Of a stretch of 64,000 nt of DNA, positions 26,141 through 40,305 are shown piece by piece. How positions within the stretch are numbered: position 1 is the stretch's first letter; each line of letters opens with the position of its first letter. The DNA is taken from the NCBI RefSeq assembly GCF_009834535.1, contig NC_045696.1:78184001-78248000 (forward strand), in the 5' to 3' direction. This DNA is from Camelus ferus (lineage: Eukaryota). The translations under genes and the position numbers were made by a program. The notes under the pieces were generated by a model. It had not been told where the DNA came from and did no database searches. It saw nothing but the letters and a program-made list of their open reading frames with translations.

Positions 26141-29100
26141 ATTTCTAAGTTGTTTGTATGGCTGTGATATAAATTCCTCTGACTTCCAGTCTTCAAAAGA
26201 GCATGATACAGGCCATTACAAAAATGGAGCATCAGCACAGCAGGCAATGATGATATGTGTGGAATGACCCTAATTTATCTTTCCCCAAATGCCTGACTGG
26301 AGAAGTCAGTGGCACTGAATCATGAGAAACACGAGTCTAAATGTTCCAAGAAGCGACCTGCGCTCAAGTTACCTGTGAACCACAGCCGAGTTGTGAGCAA
26401 TAGCTTCCAGGTGAAACTAACTCAGGACCAGATGGAAACCCAAGTCTATTTTATTACTCTATTTCCTCAAATACACTATTAGTAACTACCTATAAAGGAT
26501 CACAGTTTGATACCCCATTACTACAGTAGCATCTGAGTTGATATTTAATTTCAACAGTAACTCCAGGTGCATATTCCTATTTCCTAGCACTCTAGGGGAT
26601 TTCAGAAACTCTAGACATAAATACTCCATCAACAGTTATATTAAATCATTTCATCTGCAGAAAAATACTGCATAACCTCTGTCAACATTGAGTGTGTGGT
26701 TTAGATATGGATTCTGGAAAGTCCTGGGCAATGTTCCCAGGTCCAGTAAGACCTAAAAGGGTATTTGGCTTTCCACTAAGTTTCACAGCTTTCTCTAGGT
26801 TCCTCTTCACATGTGCACTTCACTTCCAAGACTCAGACTCAGGCTAGATACATGCTCCCCAGGGCAACTCTTCACCTTCTTCTCTGTGCCTGTACCCGGC
26901 CCACACAGGATGCAGGAGGGGGCCTCTCGGCTCTGAACCCGAGTTGCCGTTTCTCCATCGTCCTGTTGTTGACTCTTTCTCCCATTAGCCAATGTTGTAG
27001 CTGCTTTTATTCCCTTTTAAGAATTTTCTAGACTAGATTCTCATGGTAGCATTTCCTTCTTGGATTAGTTTTCAATCCAGGTTTCTAATCTCAAAGCCCT
27101 CTCTTAAATCATCTGGCAAAAAGAAAACTTGGTTTGTTTTGTTGGTGATTATCATCTTGCTTCTCCCACTCCAAATTGCTGCCTAGTTTTTCTTTCTTTC
27201 TTTCTTTTTTTTTGGTCATCCTGTGTTGTTTTCACAACTTTTTTCCCCAAACAATCAGCAAATTATGTTCCAAGTGACAGTTCCCACAATGCTCAAATTT
27301 CATCTTCCTGCTTATAGATTATTGGAGCAATGCTCGGTATCAATACTGCCTGACATTCAGTTTGCCCCTATTCCCAGCAGAGGAAAAGAATTTTGTTTCT
27401 GGAATGAAAATTGCTAGCAGCAATCACTGTCTTCTCTACCTTCTTGATTACCACAAAGGTGCTACTGTCTCAATTCTGAGAACCCAAATCTTGAAACTCT
27501 TCAAATCCTCTGGTCCTAGTTCCTTCTGGATATTTCCTGCCAAAGGGGGAACTTTTTGTACTGAAAAGGCTAGAGTAGAATACCTTTCAATACCTTGTCT
27601 CTACTTATTTGAAGGATGGAATTGCAATATATGCAGATGTTAAGAAAATTCACGTGAATATTTTTAATTTTCCTGTCCATAAAGCAACTCTCCTCACTGA
27701 TACTGCCTGCAGCCTTAAAAAGCTAACATGCACCACTGGGTGTCAGATCATAATTACATATAATTAGCAAACTGCAACTGTTTCAAAAGATTGCAACTGA
27801 TTAAACAAGGACTAAGAACTAAAGAATCCAGGGTTAACGTATTATCCTTACAATAGTTATTCTGGAACGTGACTGAGCTGTAAGAAAAATGTTTCTTGTT
27901 ACTCACAGCATACCAATTCTCTATGCAATGTGAAATTTACAAAAACAAAAACTAAATAAAAAGTGGGAGCAATGAGGAAATCCTTAGAAATGAGGCAATC
28001 TGGGGGAAGAAAAACAGAAATTTAAGTGACTGTATCTTCAGTCATTTTAATGAGAAGCAGCAATGGAGCACAGTATTTCTTACTTGGAAAAGTTAAATCC
28101 CACATTGAATATTGCAAATAAAGAGAATTTCAAGAGTGGTCAGAGCTCACCACCCCCTCCCATCTGCTGATTCCTATTGAACTTACTCTGTAGAAGTGAG
28201 TTAATTTTCTTTCTGTTGTTATTTGCAAAGATAGTGGCCAAAAGTAAACAGATTAATAGGGAAAGAGCTTCAAGGAAGTCCCCTGAGCCAGGAAAATGGC
28301 AGGCTCTGCAAAACAGCTGCTGAGCAATCTACAGTTCCACAGGCAGCCTGGGTTAGAGGTCCAGAGAGACTGGTTCACCCTCCTGGAACACTGGACATGT
28401 CCACTTGAAACTGCATCCAAAATTGACCCCTAGAGACCTCTGCAAGTTAGTCAGTCTCTTCCTCCCTCCCTTCCTACTTACCACAATGTATCATTCTGTC
28501 ATTATGCTTAGTTTATAGAAGAAGTATGTTCCCATGGGTTCACTCTGGCCAGTGGGAACATAAATACCACAAACATAGATCTCTTGGACGGCTTGTTCAT
28601 CACTTTGACACTTGCCCAGCACTCAGCTGGCCCACAGTAAATATTCATAAAACAAAAACATGCATAAAGAAACACACTGGTGTTAAAAGGCACTCTGAAT
28701 AAGTCTTTGATGGTAGGCCATCAGGTGTCACTTTTAAAATGGAATATGAACTTGATTAAGAACAACACATGCCCTTAAAGTATAAAGCAAGGTGTCTCCT
28801 TTCCCTGTAACAGTGCATAGCTTTGACACTGCCTTCAACACTCCAGTATCATTCTATGTAAATAATGTGCTTCTCTTTGTGTTTGGTTTAAAGTCTCTGA
28901 TTGAAACATAATTTAAAGTTTTGAACCAGGAGATACAGATCATATAGGAATTTAGTTTCTCTACTTTAAATAAGGATGGTGGAAGGAAGGCTTCAATCTC
29001 TAACATGTGGTGTGCCAGCAGCAACTGACTGAGATCCAGCTACAGCTCACAAGAGCAAGATGTAGAAAAATATCTGCAAGGATCTCACCAAGAAAAAAAC

Positions 29101-30384
29101 CACAGAAGCCACAGCCTATGAAAATCTGATACAATTCATCTTGGCTGCCCTTCTGGGCTAAAACAGTTTTCTCCCTTTCCTCTTTGCCCATATGAATAGC
29201 AAGACATATTCTGAATTATCCAGTTAAATTCTGATATGCCACCCAGACACATCAAAGGTAGCTATAATAGAAGATCTGATGTGTTTCACCAAATAACAAA
29301 AATTATCAGGCTAATGAATTATAACTTTTAAATCTATGTAGCAGCTTGAACTACAATATTGGTACAAGCTGATCTTACAAGTTGTTCCCTACAGAACAGA
29401 GTGAATATAATGAAACCAAGTGAAGAAACCGAGAGAAACGCCCACACTTATTTTATTTTTATGGAAGGTAGAAACCACCTGCACACATTTTTGTTGTTTC
29501 AATTTTTTTTTCTCACAGAAAATGTACCCCATAGAATTGAAACTATTTCTTTTGTTTCTTCTTCTATCAGAATTTGATTTGCATATTTGGGGACACGATA
29601 AGGTGCTCGCTGTGATTTAGAGAGTTTATAAAAAGGTAATTTGATCTCAAATCATAGTTTTACTTCTTTATTTCTAATAATGAAAGCTGCATACCCTTCT
29701 GAGAAGTGAGTCATGAGAGGAAGACATTAGCTTGCCTTGTATTAGACAATAAAAAAGTTCCACAGGGGACGAGTTACATATTATGACATTGTGAATATAA
29801 GGCTCATTTGGATTTAATTCATTACTACATCATGTTGCACAGGAAAGCAATTTTTAAGCAATAGAAGTGCCACTTCATTTGTAAAGGACCCAGCTATAAC
29901 ATGTAATCAGTTACTGAAGACAGAAACTGATTTCCCAAATCAGGCATATAAAATTTAATATATTTGCTACAGTTATAATGAAACGGAAGGAAACTTCAAT
30001 GACATTTTTTCCCCAGATAAGAGTGACTATTTGTAAAATCTGGAAAATGCATTTTTGCTTGGGAAGTTGACTACATCTTGAAGCCACAAACTAAATTGAG
30101 AAAATAAAGCATTTTTTAAATAAAATATTTGAAATATTTGGTAGACACTTAGAATATAATTTCAAATTGTATCATTTTATAAATTTAATATTACACTAAA
30201 ATAGGATCTGAAATTAATTATGAAATAAGGATAATGATGGCACTGGCTTTTTAAAAAAAAATTCAGTATCAATTTTCTATATTATTCAGTTTAATCCTAG
30301 CAACTGATTTAGAGTTAAAAAAGTAACAGCCAAATCATATTGGTTAAAAATATGATTATATATATGCATGTATACTTAAATTGG

Positions 30385-30786
30385 TTATACATATATAACC
30401 AATATATATATATATGGAGAAAAAGAGAGAGATCTATTTAAAAGAATCAGCTTATGCATTTGTGGACACTTGCCAAGTCCAAAATCTCTGGGGTAGACCA
30501 GTAAGCTGGAGACTCAGAGACAGCTGCAGTTACAGTCCAAAGGCAGTCTGCTGGTAGAACTCCCTCTTTCTCCTGGGAGGTCAGTCTTTTTCTATTAAGG
30601 CCTTCAACTGATTGGACGAAAGCTATCCACATTATGAAAGATAATCTGCTTTACCAAAGTCTACTGATTTAAATGTTAATCTCATTTTTAAAAAAAACAC
30701 CTCCGTAGAAATATCTAGAATAATGTTTCATCAAACATCTGTGCACTGTGGGCTAGCCAAGTTGACAGATAAAAATAACCATCACA
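30385..30786 (-). mobile_element. ERVL LTR (MLT2-like)
   Basis: Reverse complement starts tgtgatggttatttttatctgtcaacttggctagccc (MLT2 5' end); contains ttaaggccttcaactgattggacga and an (AT)n tract near the 3' end. Confidence 0.85.
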
Positions 30787-33689
30787 CTGGAGTCATATAA
30801 GCAACTAAAATTTGGACAATAAAATCACCTATCCATTTTGTTATATTTCCCAAGATGGGGGAAGTGGAGGGGAAGTTTCATCATCCATTTTTAAATTGCT
30901 GAATTACCAGACAACTTTACTTTCCCTCCCATCAGCTAAAAACATACATTTAAAAATTTTAAGTGACTGTAATAAAGTACTTAATCTGATTTTGTAAACA
31001 TTGCATACATAATCTATTTTCACATATATTTTAATTTAAATTTCTCCTGTAAACCACCTTGATGAGATTATGGGATGAATGCTTTCATCTGCAATTTCCA
31101 AATATTTTATTTAATTTCTAAAAGCATGGATTGAGGTTTTCTAATTGCAAATCTCAAAGGGCCACGTCTGCCATTTGCATCTTGATTTCATTGACATGAA
31201 AAAGAAAACATGAAAGAGAGAAGTATGTAATCAGTCCCCAGCCCTGCCATGTTTAACCATACTTCACTCTGCTGAATGTGATCATTGCCAACTTTTCTAT
31301 CACAAGAGTGTCGAGAAGTCAAGTGAATCCACAGGGAACTGACACACTTAATCCTCAAAGGAAAAGGTTTATTTTTCCCTTGTAGTACATCTGACAGATC
31401 TGTTCTTTTTTTGGAAAGAATAAGATCAAGAAGTGAATGGATGAAAAAGTGCACTATAGTCAATGCAGGAAAGATACAAGAAAAATGTGATGAGCCTTAA
31501 GGCTGAGCAATTTTCAGGATAGGCAGCCAGTAAGCACAGATGACCATGACACATCTGATGAAAATATTTCACTGACCATCACTGCCAAAGAGTCCTTCAT
31601 TACGTAAAACATATTCCTCCCACTGAGGAAAAAACCAAACTTGAAAATCTAAGGTTTCCTGCATTTTGATCCTTAACAATCTAACTTAGTCTGGGTGTTT
31701 TTACATCAAAGAGAAATTTGGTGAAAAAGATAAAGAAAACTTGCCTACTAGGAAAGTAAGTAACCTAATTGCAGTTATGCAGGTTGCAACCTTGAGGATA
31801 AAATAATTATGTGTAGGGAGCAGGGAGACGGCAAGAGATGAGGGATATGGGAGAGAGAGTGATGATGCAGGAAGAATTCTTTGATTCTACTTTACCACTG
31901 AGAAGGAAGAAACAAGCCTTCAGGGTGAACCGGCCCTAGACCGAGACAACCCTTTCCTGAAACTGGCAAGGCATAAAAAGATCTGTGAGGGAATCTACTT
32001 TGCACCTCTGTAAAACCTGTGATCATGGAAATGCCTTTCTGTGAAATTTTTACTTTCATTTCTTCTTTATAGAAAAGGAATGCTCCCTAGATTAAACAGA
32101 ATATCATTAAAAACTGTCGAGTGACTGGCAGAGTGCATGGAATCTAGCAGATATGCAGCACATGTTTTCATTAGAGAAAAAAAAAGAATCCTCTACCTTC
32201 AAAATCAACTTTTTTAGCACATGCTATGAGAATATAGATACACTATGTTAGAAAAAAATCAAAGGTCTGATATATATAATTCTGAATTTCAATAATATAC
32301 CTAAATAGCCAGAGTATACTTTTCTTTTAAAATAATGGTAATCCACACAGAAGTGACAGCTGTATCAAGAAGGTCTGTATTTTGGGTGTACTGTCTTCTG
32401 CAATAACGATTTCCAGAGTGTCCACATACTATGCCTCAAGGATTAGGCTGGACTCATAGTTCTTTCTCCGATGCCAAGTAGAGAGTGATTTACATCAACA
32501 AAAAGAGAGAAAATAAAGTGCTGACAGTTACAAGGAGAGAGGGAGAACTCAACTGATGGGAGATCAAACAAGAGCATCCTGAAGAAGCTGGCACCTGAGC
32601 CAGACCTCAAAGGATGTCTAAGATTGAGGAGGTCCTTCTGTCAACAACCCTCATTCATCCTGTTGCTGAATGCCCCTCCTGCTCTGGCCAAACACCTAAG
32701 AACTGTGAAGGGCATAAGCTTTCACCTGTGAGTTGATCCAGTCAGCTAAGAGAATTAATGTCATTCTACATAATACTGAAAAACTGAGTGAAGGGGTCAC
32801 TTTATCTAAAGTCCAGGGCAATAAAATACTATGAATAATTAATTCAATCTTATCTTTTGTCTCCTTTTGTGATTAAATCTTAAGAGAATGTACATTTGTT
32901 ATCCGGAAAGATCAATGATAGAATAACTAATTACTTCTTTTAGGAACCATCATTCTATTACTGTTAAATTAAATTTGTTATCATTTGCATAAATTGAATT
33001 ACATGTGCTTTTGTTATACATTTACATGTTTTTCTCCAATTAAAATGCCAGTTGTTTTATTGCCTTCTTCAGATCTCCCAACCTTCTGGCTCTCATTCCT
33101 TCTACTGAAATTGGAGAGGAACAACAAAAAAATCAGAAACAATAGAAAAGACAGAGGCCAAAATGTAACTCCAGACAGAGGAGGAGCAGAAAGATAGCTG
33201 GAAAGTGCAGCTGGGGACTAGAGAAGAGCAGTTGCTGAAGGCATCACCATCACCAAACCCATCATTGTTAAAGAGTAATAGCAAAATGTATAGTCCTGTG
33301 GGATCAAAAGAAAGACAAAACACTGAAATAATAACATTCCCTAAACTTTTGAAGAGTTAACTGCCAGCTAAGAAAATATGGTGTTTTACTTACTGTTTGT
33401 AAATATCATTTCACAGTTTAACTTAACTTATGCTTAATTACTTCTACCAAGCCAGATGATGATGAAAAATATTGCCCTGTCTAAATGATACAGATATTTT
33501 AAAAATCTAGAGATCTTATTTTATCGTTAATTTAACAAATAAAGTGTGTCACTGAAATTAAGAGCCAGAAAGATGGGATATCATGTATAAAGTCACAGTT
33601 TACTATTACAGTATTCAGTAAACGTAAGATTTTAAATTTTTAAAGTAAGCTCATACATGGAAAAGGAAACACAAATACTCGATTAATAT

Positions 33690-34200
33690 ATAAAAGTTTG
33701 TCAACTTTTTTTTGGCCTATCAAAACAAAAAATGAGGACCTAGAAGGCTGGCAGTCCTGCAAGGCAATTTAGTAACACAAAGCAAACAACTAAACAAATT
33801 TAAACTCCCTGAATCTGTGATCTGCTTCCAGGAATTCATCAGAAGGGAATAATTAAATAAGCACACACAGACTTATGTATGAGGATGTTTGTAGAGACAA
33901 CCTCAGTGTACATTTATAAGAAACAGGCTCAATAAATTCATGTCCTCTGTACAATGGAGTACCAGCAGCATTTTAATGTAATGATTCAAATCTATATTTA
34001 TTGGTTGAAAAAATGGTTCTCAACATATTTGAAGTGGAAAAATTCAAAAGCAGACATCAAAAAATATACACGGCATAATACAGTTCTGCTGACTGATAAG
34101 AGGAAAGAAAGAATGAAATGATGGCAGAAAAGGTGGTAAGGTTATGGGTGTATCCTTTCTAACGTGCTGTATACATTTTACTTATAAGTAGGAAAAACAG
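33690..34200 (+). mobile_element. Old L1 (L1ME-like) 3' fragment
   Basis: ctgcttccaggaattcatc...ttatgtatgaggatgttt...aataaattcatg...acaatggagtaccagcagcatt...tctatatttattg. Confidence 0.65.
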
Positions 34201-34468
34201 TAATGCCTCTTCCATTAAGAAAAAAGATATCAGCCATAATTAGGATACATTTTCTCTTCTCACCATTTCACAGCATCTCTAGCTATCAAAAGACAACATA
34301 CCTGCATATAAAAATATACTTTACCTCATTGGTTTATTCACTTTAAATATTTTATTATTATATTTGGTAATCAAATTAAGTTTTCAAAACACTTTGTTCA
34401 GCAATGTCCATATGATCTTTAGTATGTGTATATATACAAATATATATATATGTGGACACATATACTTA

Positions 34469-35092
34469 TGTTAAAGCAGGCGGATAGCTAGGTATGAGCA
34501 GAGAAAGAGGGACGCAGGCCAAATGGCAGGAATTGGGCAAAGAGGAGAGACACAGACCAAATGCAGGAAACCATACATCATGTAAGCACCAGGGGTCCCT
34601 GGGCAGAGAAAGAAAAGCAGGAACCTCTGGGATGATAAGCAGTCACACATTTTGGGGTGACAAGTGGCCTGGAAGCCAACAAAGAAAGGGATCTCCAGTG
34701 TCCAAATGTAACCTTTTGCTCATTATGCCTTCATTTCAATAAAATTAGCCTTGCAGATTAGAAGTACCTGTCATGCGCTGATGCCATGACACTTCCAATC
34801 TAGACTAAATAAAGACAAAAATACCTCCTCCCCACCAGAAGGTGGGGTTGAGACAAAAATCAGAGAATATGACCCCAAACCCTTCCCTCCCCAATGAATA
34901 TTCTGCTCATTCATTTTTACAACCTATGTCACCAGCTTGCCAAAGAAACTCAGGGCAGCTGCTCACCTGAGCCTGCCCACTCTCCCCTTGAGAGTTACTA
35001 TCTATCCCTTAATATATCCCCACTTTACTTCCTTAACCTCCCTGTCTCATCTCTGAATTCCTTCTGTGGCAAGAACATAATCACCAGCAACA
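34469..35092 (+). mobile_element. ERV1-class solo LTR (624 bp) with 4-bp target-site duplication
   Basis: TGTTA...CAACA termini, flanked by CTTA at 34465-34468 and 35093-35096; U5-like ctgaattccttctgtggcaagaac near the end. Confidence 0.85.
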
Positions 35093-35856
35093 CTTACACA
35101 CTTATAGGTCATTCATTCAAATATATATATATATGATAAAGGCTCTATGACCTTATTAATACCAATAAGACACTGTACCTGCCACACTTAAGCTTCTTCT
35201 AAGTTAAAGAGCTCTCTTAACAGCCCTAAGTAAACGTTTTATACAAGATGACCAGCATCCCAAATGGCCAAAGCTGATTAGACTAGGGATAAACACTGGA
35301 CAGAGTCACAAACATCTGTGACTCCCAAAAGGATAAAAATCATACTTCATTCTGAGGAACAGAAATGGAGGAATAATGTATTGGGGAACATAGAAGTTGA
35401 TATTGGGAGAAAAACAAGGCAAGCAAAAAGTAGTACAGGTGGGAAGGGAGTTAAGTCACTTTGTTCAACTCTTTAGTGAAAATCAGAGGTCTATGGCTAC
35501 TGGGGTCCCTGGAGCTGACTGGATCCAAATTCCATAATAATAAGGCCCCATCAGATGAATAATTCCTATTCACAGATTACTGTGGGAGCCTAGTTTCCTG
35601 TTTTGACGCTTACAAAAAATTTGCTTTATCTAAGTAGTTACTGTTCCAAGGCATGGAAGGCACACACTACAGCAACTTTTAATGGCTTATTTTAAATCTA
35701 ACACATCTGAATACATCTGATATATATCTGAATATACCCTGTCTATTTACACAGAAGACACATGAAAGAAATCAACTAACCGTGTAAAAGAGTGAATTCA
35801 TTTTTTCAAATACAAGTACAGGCAGAAATGTCCAAGAGAATCTTATTAGAAGATCA

Positions 35857-35858
<2 letters not shown>

Positions 35859-35908
<50 letters not shown>
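35859..35908. repeat. (AC)25 microsatellite
   Basis: Perfect dinucleotide run. Confidence 0.97.
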
Positions 35909-35911
<3 letters not shown>

Positions 35912-36805
35912 CTTCAGATCCCTGTGTTCATGTTGACTGATTTTCTCTTATTTGTTCAACATGATACCAAGTAGGTGGCATATATGGGCTTTATTAAGGG
36001 AAAACTAAGTCTTTAAACTGGAATATGCAGTCAATATGTCTATCAAGGATTCTCTGATTCAACATATTATTCAAATATGTTCTTTTCCAAAATATTACAC
36101 ATAAAAACAGCACATGCGTAACCTCTACATTGAAGAAACATGACTCAGGGAATGCAATCATAAAGAGCTTTTTAAAATCCTATTTATATTAACTGGGGCT
36201 AGGTTCCTACACCTGCTTCTGGGTAAAAAACTCTAGTAATTCTGGTCACTGTTAAGTGACTTGAATTCCTCCGATGAGTAATTAAAAGGTTCAGTATCAT
36301 TTAATAGTCAAAACTCTGAACTTGTCCCCACTTTCTGATCATCTCCAGATTGTGAAACTTGCAGTAGAACAAAGGAGATTAGTCATTTCTCTCTGATTTG
36401 TGTTTTTGCACTTCCTCTCTCACAGCTGAAACCTTCAAGGTTGAAACAGAGCAAGTGAGAACAGGCAAAGGCAGAGCAAGAAGTTCTCTCTCACTTGGAA
36501 GGTCCTCTGATGAACTGGCAGAGTACTCTGAATCCAGCAGGAGTAGGCAGCTGAATTTTCCGCTTGGACCTGCTTTATCAGCTCTCTGGAGACCCACCAC
36601 CCACCCATCCCACACCTGGGGACTTCTCACCTTCCTTAGACATGAGTAACACACTCTTGTCCACCTCCATGCTTCCTTCTTCCAGGCATCTGACCATACC
36701 TCTAGCTCTGTCTATGGTAAGTTCTTTTCAGTCATGAAGGCAGCTTGCTTGAAAAAAGAAATACACCCTCACCTCCCTATCTCTCTTTTTCTCTGTCGCT
36801 CACTC

Positions 36806-36895
36806 ATTTATTTTTAATGGAGGTACTGGGGATTGAATCCAGGACCTCGTGCACACTAGGCATATGCGCTCTACCACTGAGCTATACCCTCCACC
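36806..36895 (-). mobile_element. Camelid tRNA-derived SINE (short variant)
   Basis: Reverse complement ggagggtatagctcagtggtagagcgcatatgcctagtgtgcacgaggtcctggattcaatccccagtacctccattaaaaataaat; lacks the cctaattacctcccc segment. Confidence 0.85.
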
Positions 36896-38629
36896 AAACA
36901 GTATCTGGTTTTGATATAAGCTGTCACTTACCTAAAATCAGAACACAGCATAGTGTCTGAGTAATTATAACATAATTATATAATATAAAATCAGATTTTA
37001 TAATTACATTATAAATAAGAATTATCTTTATAATGTTTTGAAAATAATCATAATATGAAAAATCTAAATGGTAAGTAAAATGATTTTCAGAATGCAGACT
37101 TGATCAATTAAACATAGATCTGTTTATCACTTATCCATGCATTCATTTCCTCCTTTAGAAAAATACTTAGTCAATGTCTCCTGTACAATAGGAGTCTAAT
37201 AATGGACAAATAAAGTTTGTTCCATTCCCTGATGGAGTCTGCAGTCTAATCCATTATAAGAACATTTTTCATATTGCTCAACCGTTAGTATGTTTGGCAA
37301 GAACTGACACTGTCTTAGGGCACGAGCAGGAATGGAGAATCAACAGAGAAGAGACACAGCAAAAGATGAATAAAATAGATCAGTGAGAACCCAGAACTGA
37401 TCATAAATTGACTAACAGTAACAGTTGGAACCTGTGATGTTCAGATTTAATGCCAAGAGGACTTAATGAACACAGGAACTCATAATAAGACATGTGGTTG
37501 GCATGACTACTAGGGCAACCATTGTCTTTGGATGAGGAGATGGTACTCAGAAAGTTACTGTAAACATATTTGTACCAAAATTATTATTTTTGAAGAAAAA
37601 AATCTATTATCTCAGTAAGGAAAAAACTGTGGTGATTTGAAAAAACATACTGTGAATCTGTGTCCGACCACTGAATATTGCCTAGGAGTAAAATTGCTGG
37701 TGGTTATATTTTGAAATAGTTTGTTGATTTTTGAGTTTAAAAGAATATAAGCCTTACTGTAATGCAATCCCTACTCTGAGGGAAATAATGAATATTTTTA
37801 TTTAATTACACATTTAAAAAATTTTAGAACCAGCTGCCTATTTGCAAAGAGGACATGTCAGTTTTTTACATCTACAGTGCTGGAAAAAAAATAAGGCAAA
37901 GACAATAAAGGGACAAGTCTCAATCCAAAACATAGTGGGCACTTGACAGATATAAGTTTATTCTCCTTTTTCAGTTAAGGAAAAAAAAAACAGGAAATTT
38001 CAATTTGTGATTTGAGATAGAGAGAGAAAATGAGGAGAGGGTGGAGGTGGGAAAATAGTTTTTTGGATTCTTTATTTTCAAACCATCTTTCCTTCATGCG
38101 AGTAGCTACTTCCCTTTCTGCACCTACATTTTGAATTGATTTTTCTTTCTTATTTTGTGTATTTCAGTGTCTTGCATTTAGGCAACATGAATAAACCATT
38201 CCTGGCTGGAAAAAAAAAAAAAAAAAGGCAAAGAAAGCCAGAGGACTGTGAGGAGAAAAATCATGTAGGCTGGTTAGTACACAAAATGCATGCCACTAAG
38301 TTCCTCATGATCTCAATATAAATTTGACTCTGAACTTACTAAAAGGCCAAAGTAAAGAGAAGAGCAGGCTGGGTTATGAGACTCACTGTGTCCATAATTA
38401 AAAACTAAACAGTTGCTCAGGAAAAATGCAATTATTCTTAATATTAAGGAGTTAAATCCATGAATCCTTTTCTAGAGGATGCTTTTGTAATAGAACACAT
38501 GTCCACGATGCACTTACAGTAGACAGAGCTTCACAGAGTTCTATTTTCTTTCTTCTTCTCTCCCTCTCCTTTTTAAAATAACATCCCTGTGCTAGTTAGA
38601 TCTTTTTCTTTTTCTTTTTTTTTTTTGGA

Positions 38630-39073
38630 CAGATTCCTTGCCTTTCCCTTGCTCTAGGGATCTGAACTCCTCAGGATGAGGCTTCCTAGGCTCTGAGCCA
38701 TCAGCCTTTCTGCTGAGTTCAGCCAATGGGACAAACTGGTAGGACAGGGCAGGAGGAAGAGAGACGTCCTGATACTTCTCACTTTCTGTCTTCAGTGGTG
38801 TCTTTGGCTGAAGTTACATCCCCACCCCCACCCCCGCATTTGCATGTGCAGAAAGTACCAGATTTCTCCAAGTTACCCCAACTCCCTTCATCCCTCCAGT
38901 CTCAACGGTTTAGTAACGGCTTTATTTCGTTGTTAATCTCTTGGCTGCATCAGTGTCCCCTGACTGACGTCCTAGTTTTTCATCACTGATGGAATTAATT
39001 TCCCTACTTTAAATGCCCCTCTGCTTTAAATATTCAGGAAGTTTTCTGTTGCAGTGGGATCCTGACTGGTACA
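38630..39073 (+). mobile_element. ERVL LTR (LTR33-like)
   Basis: gagttcagccaatggga...ggaggaagagaga...ttgttaatctcttggct...tttaaatgcccctctg...tcctgactggtaca terminus. Confidence 0.7.
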
Positions 39074-40305
39074 ATCACTCATTATCAGATAATGCTGTAC
39101 CTTTCAGTCAATTCAATATGAACCACTTTACATTAAGAAATAGCAGGGGAAGTGTTATTGCCTGCATATTGCAAACCCAAAGACACCTATGCAACAGTAA
39201 ATGACAGACATAAAAGTGTGTAGGAAACAAATTCCTATGAATCATTCAGATGTGATATTCAGGAAGAGAATTATGATTCGCCAACATGAATACATGTGGT
39301 ATTTTAGCACACAGATTACAGATGCATCTTCAGTGGGAACACTCCCTAGAAGATCCCTAGTAATGCACACATGCCAAGATCTTGACAGTAATAAGTCACT
39401 GTAACCCAGAAAGAATATAGTTATGACCTAGTATCCTTCTCTCATCTACCTACAGACAACACCTATGATTCACCCAGGACTGTTTTTCATTGGCAAATAC
39501 GGAAAATATAGGTGGAGGCGAATATCTAACCCTCCTCTTCCAGTTCCTCACTTCACTAAATATGTAAGCTAGGGAACCCTTTACAATTCAGCACATATGC
39601 TGATAATGTAACAAGCACCACAATTTAAATTACCCATTAGTTATATAACGTCAGTGGAGCTTTTCCCAGAAATTCAGAATTAAGGCCCAATAAAGAATAT
39701 TTTATTCTCATTTCACTTAAAAACAACACGTTCTGGCTAGAGAGGTCAAATGCAAACTTACCTTCAGGAGAGAGGTGGCCTTTTAGAATTGCCTGCTATA
39801 TGGAACCCAATGTGTTTCAATAAACATGTGCTCGTTGGGAAGCTCACTGATGCAAGGGACCAAATCCTACCAGTGCTTATCTTAGCTCTTGACCATAAGA
39901 GACAGTTATTTCAGTCCATAAAGCAGGTTTATTTTACTCCGATGTCATTAAAATTTTCAATCATATGGCTAATACCCTAGTTTTTATTACACATATATCC
40001 AGCAATCTTTGCATCCCAATTTGACCTTCCGGGACTTTCCCAAGAGGGAGAAAATTCACTGGCTTTTAATTTCCACAGTAGTTATGGTTCTCATTATCAA
40101 TTATTAAAACAGTACCATAAATTTGTATTGCAGTATCATAAATCTGAAAATGTGTACCCCCCTCCGTGCAGGGTGCGCTAGTAGTTATGTTTCTCAGCTT
40201 GCAAGACTAACCTTAAACTATAGCAAAATCAATAGTTTGCTACTCCCTGTGCCACATCTTTTCCAGGAGATGCATCCCACCAACATCCACTCCTTCCACA
40301 CTTAC

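Larger units (their letters stand above)
1..40305 (-). other. NAALADL2: Part of the NAALADL2 intron downstream of the exon
   Basis: Starts with GTAAGT at 40305. The expected next exon (NLVQLYKNEDD...) is not seen in the ORF track. Confidence 0.85.

Noticed and set aside
40165..40180. CTCF-like CGTGCAGGGTGCGCTA near the donor (also weak matches at about 13468 and 59368)
   Set aside because: Mismatches at core positions.
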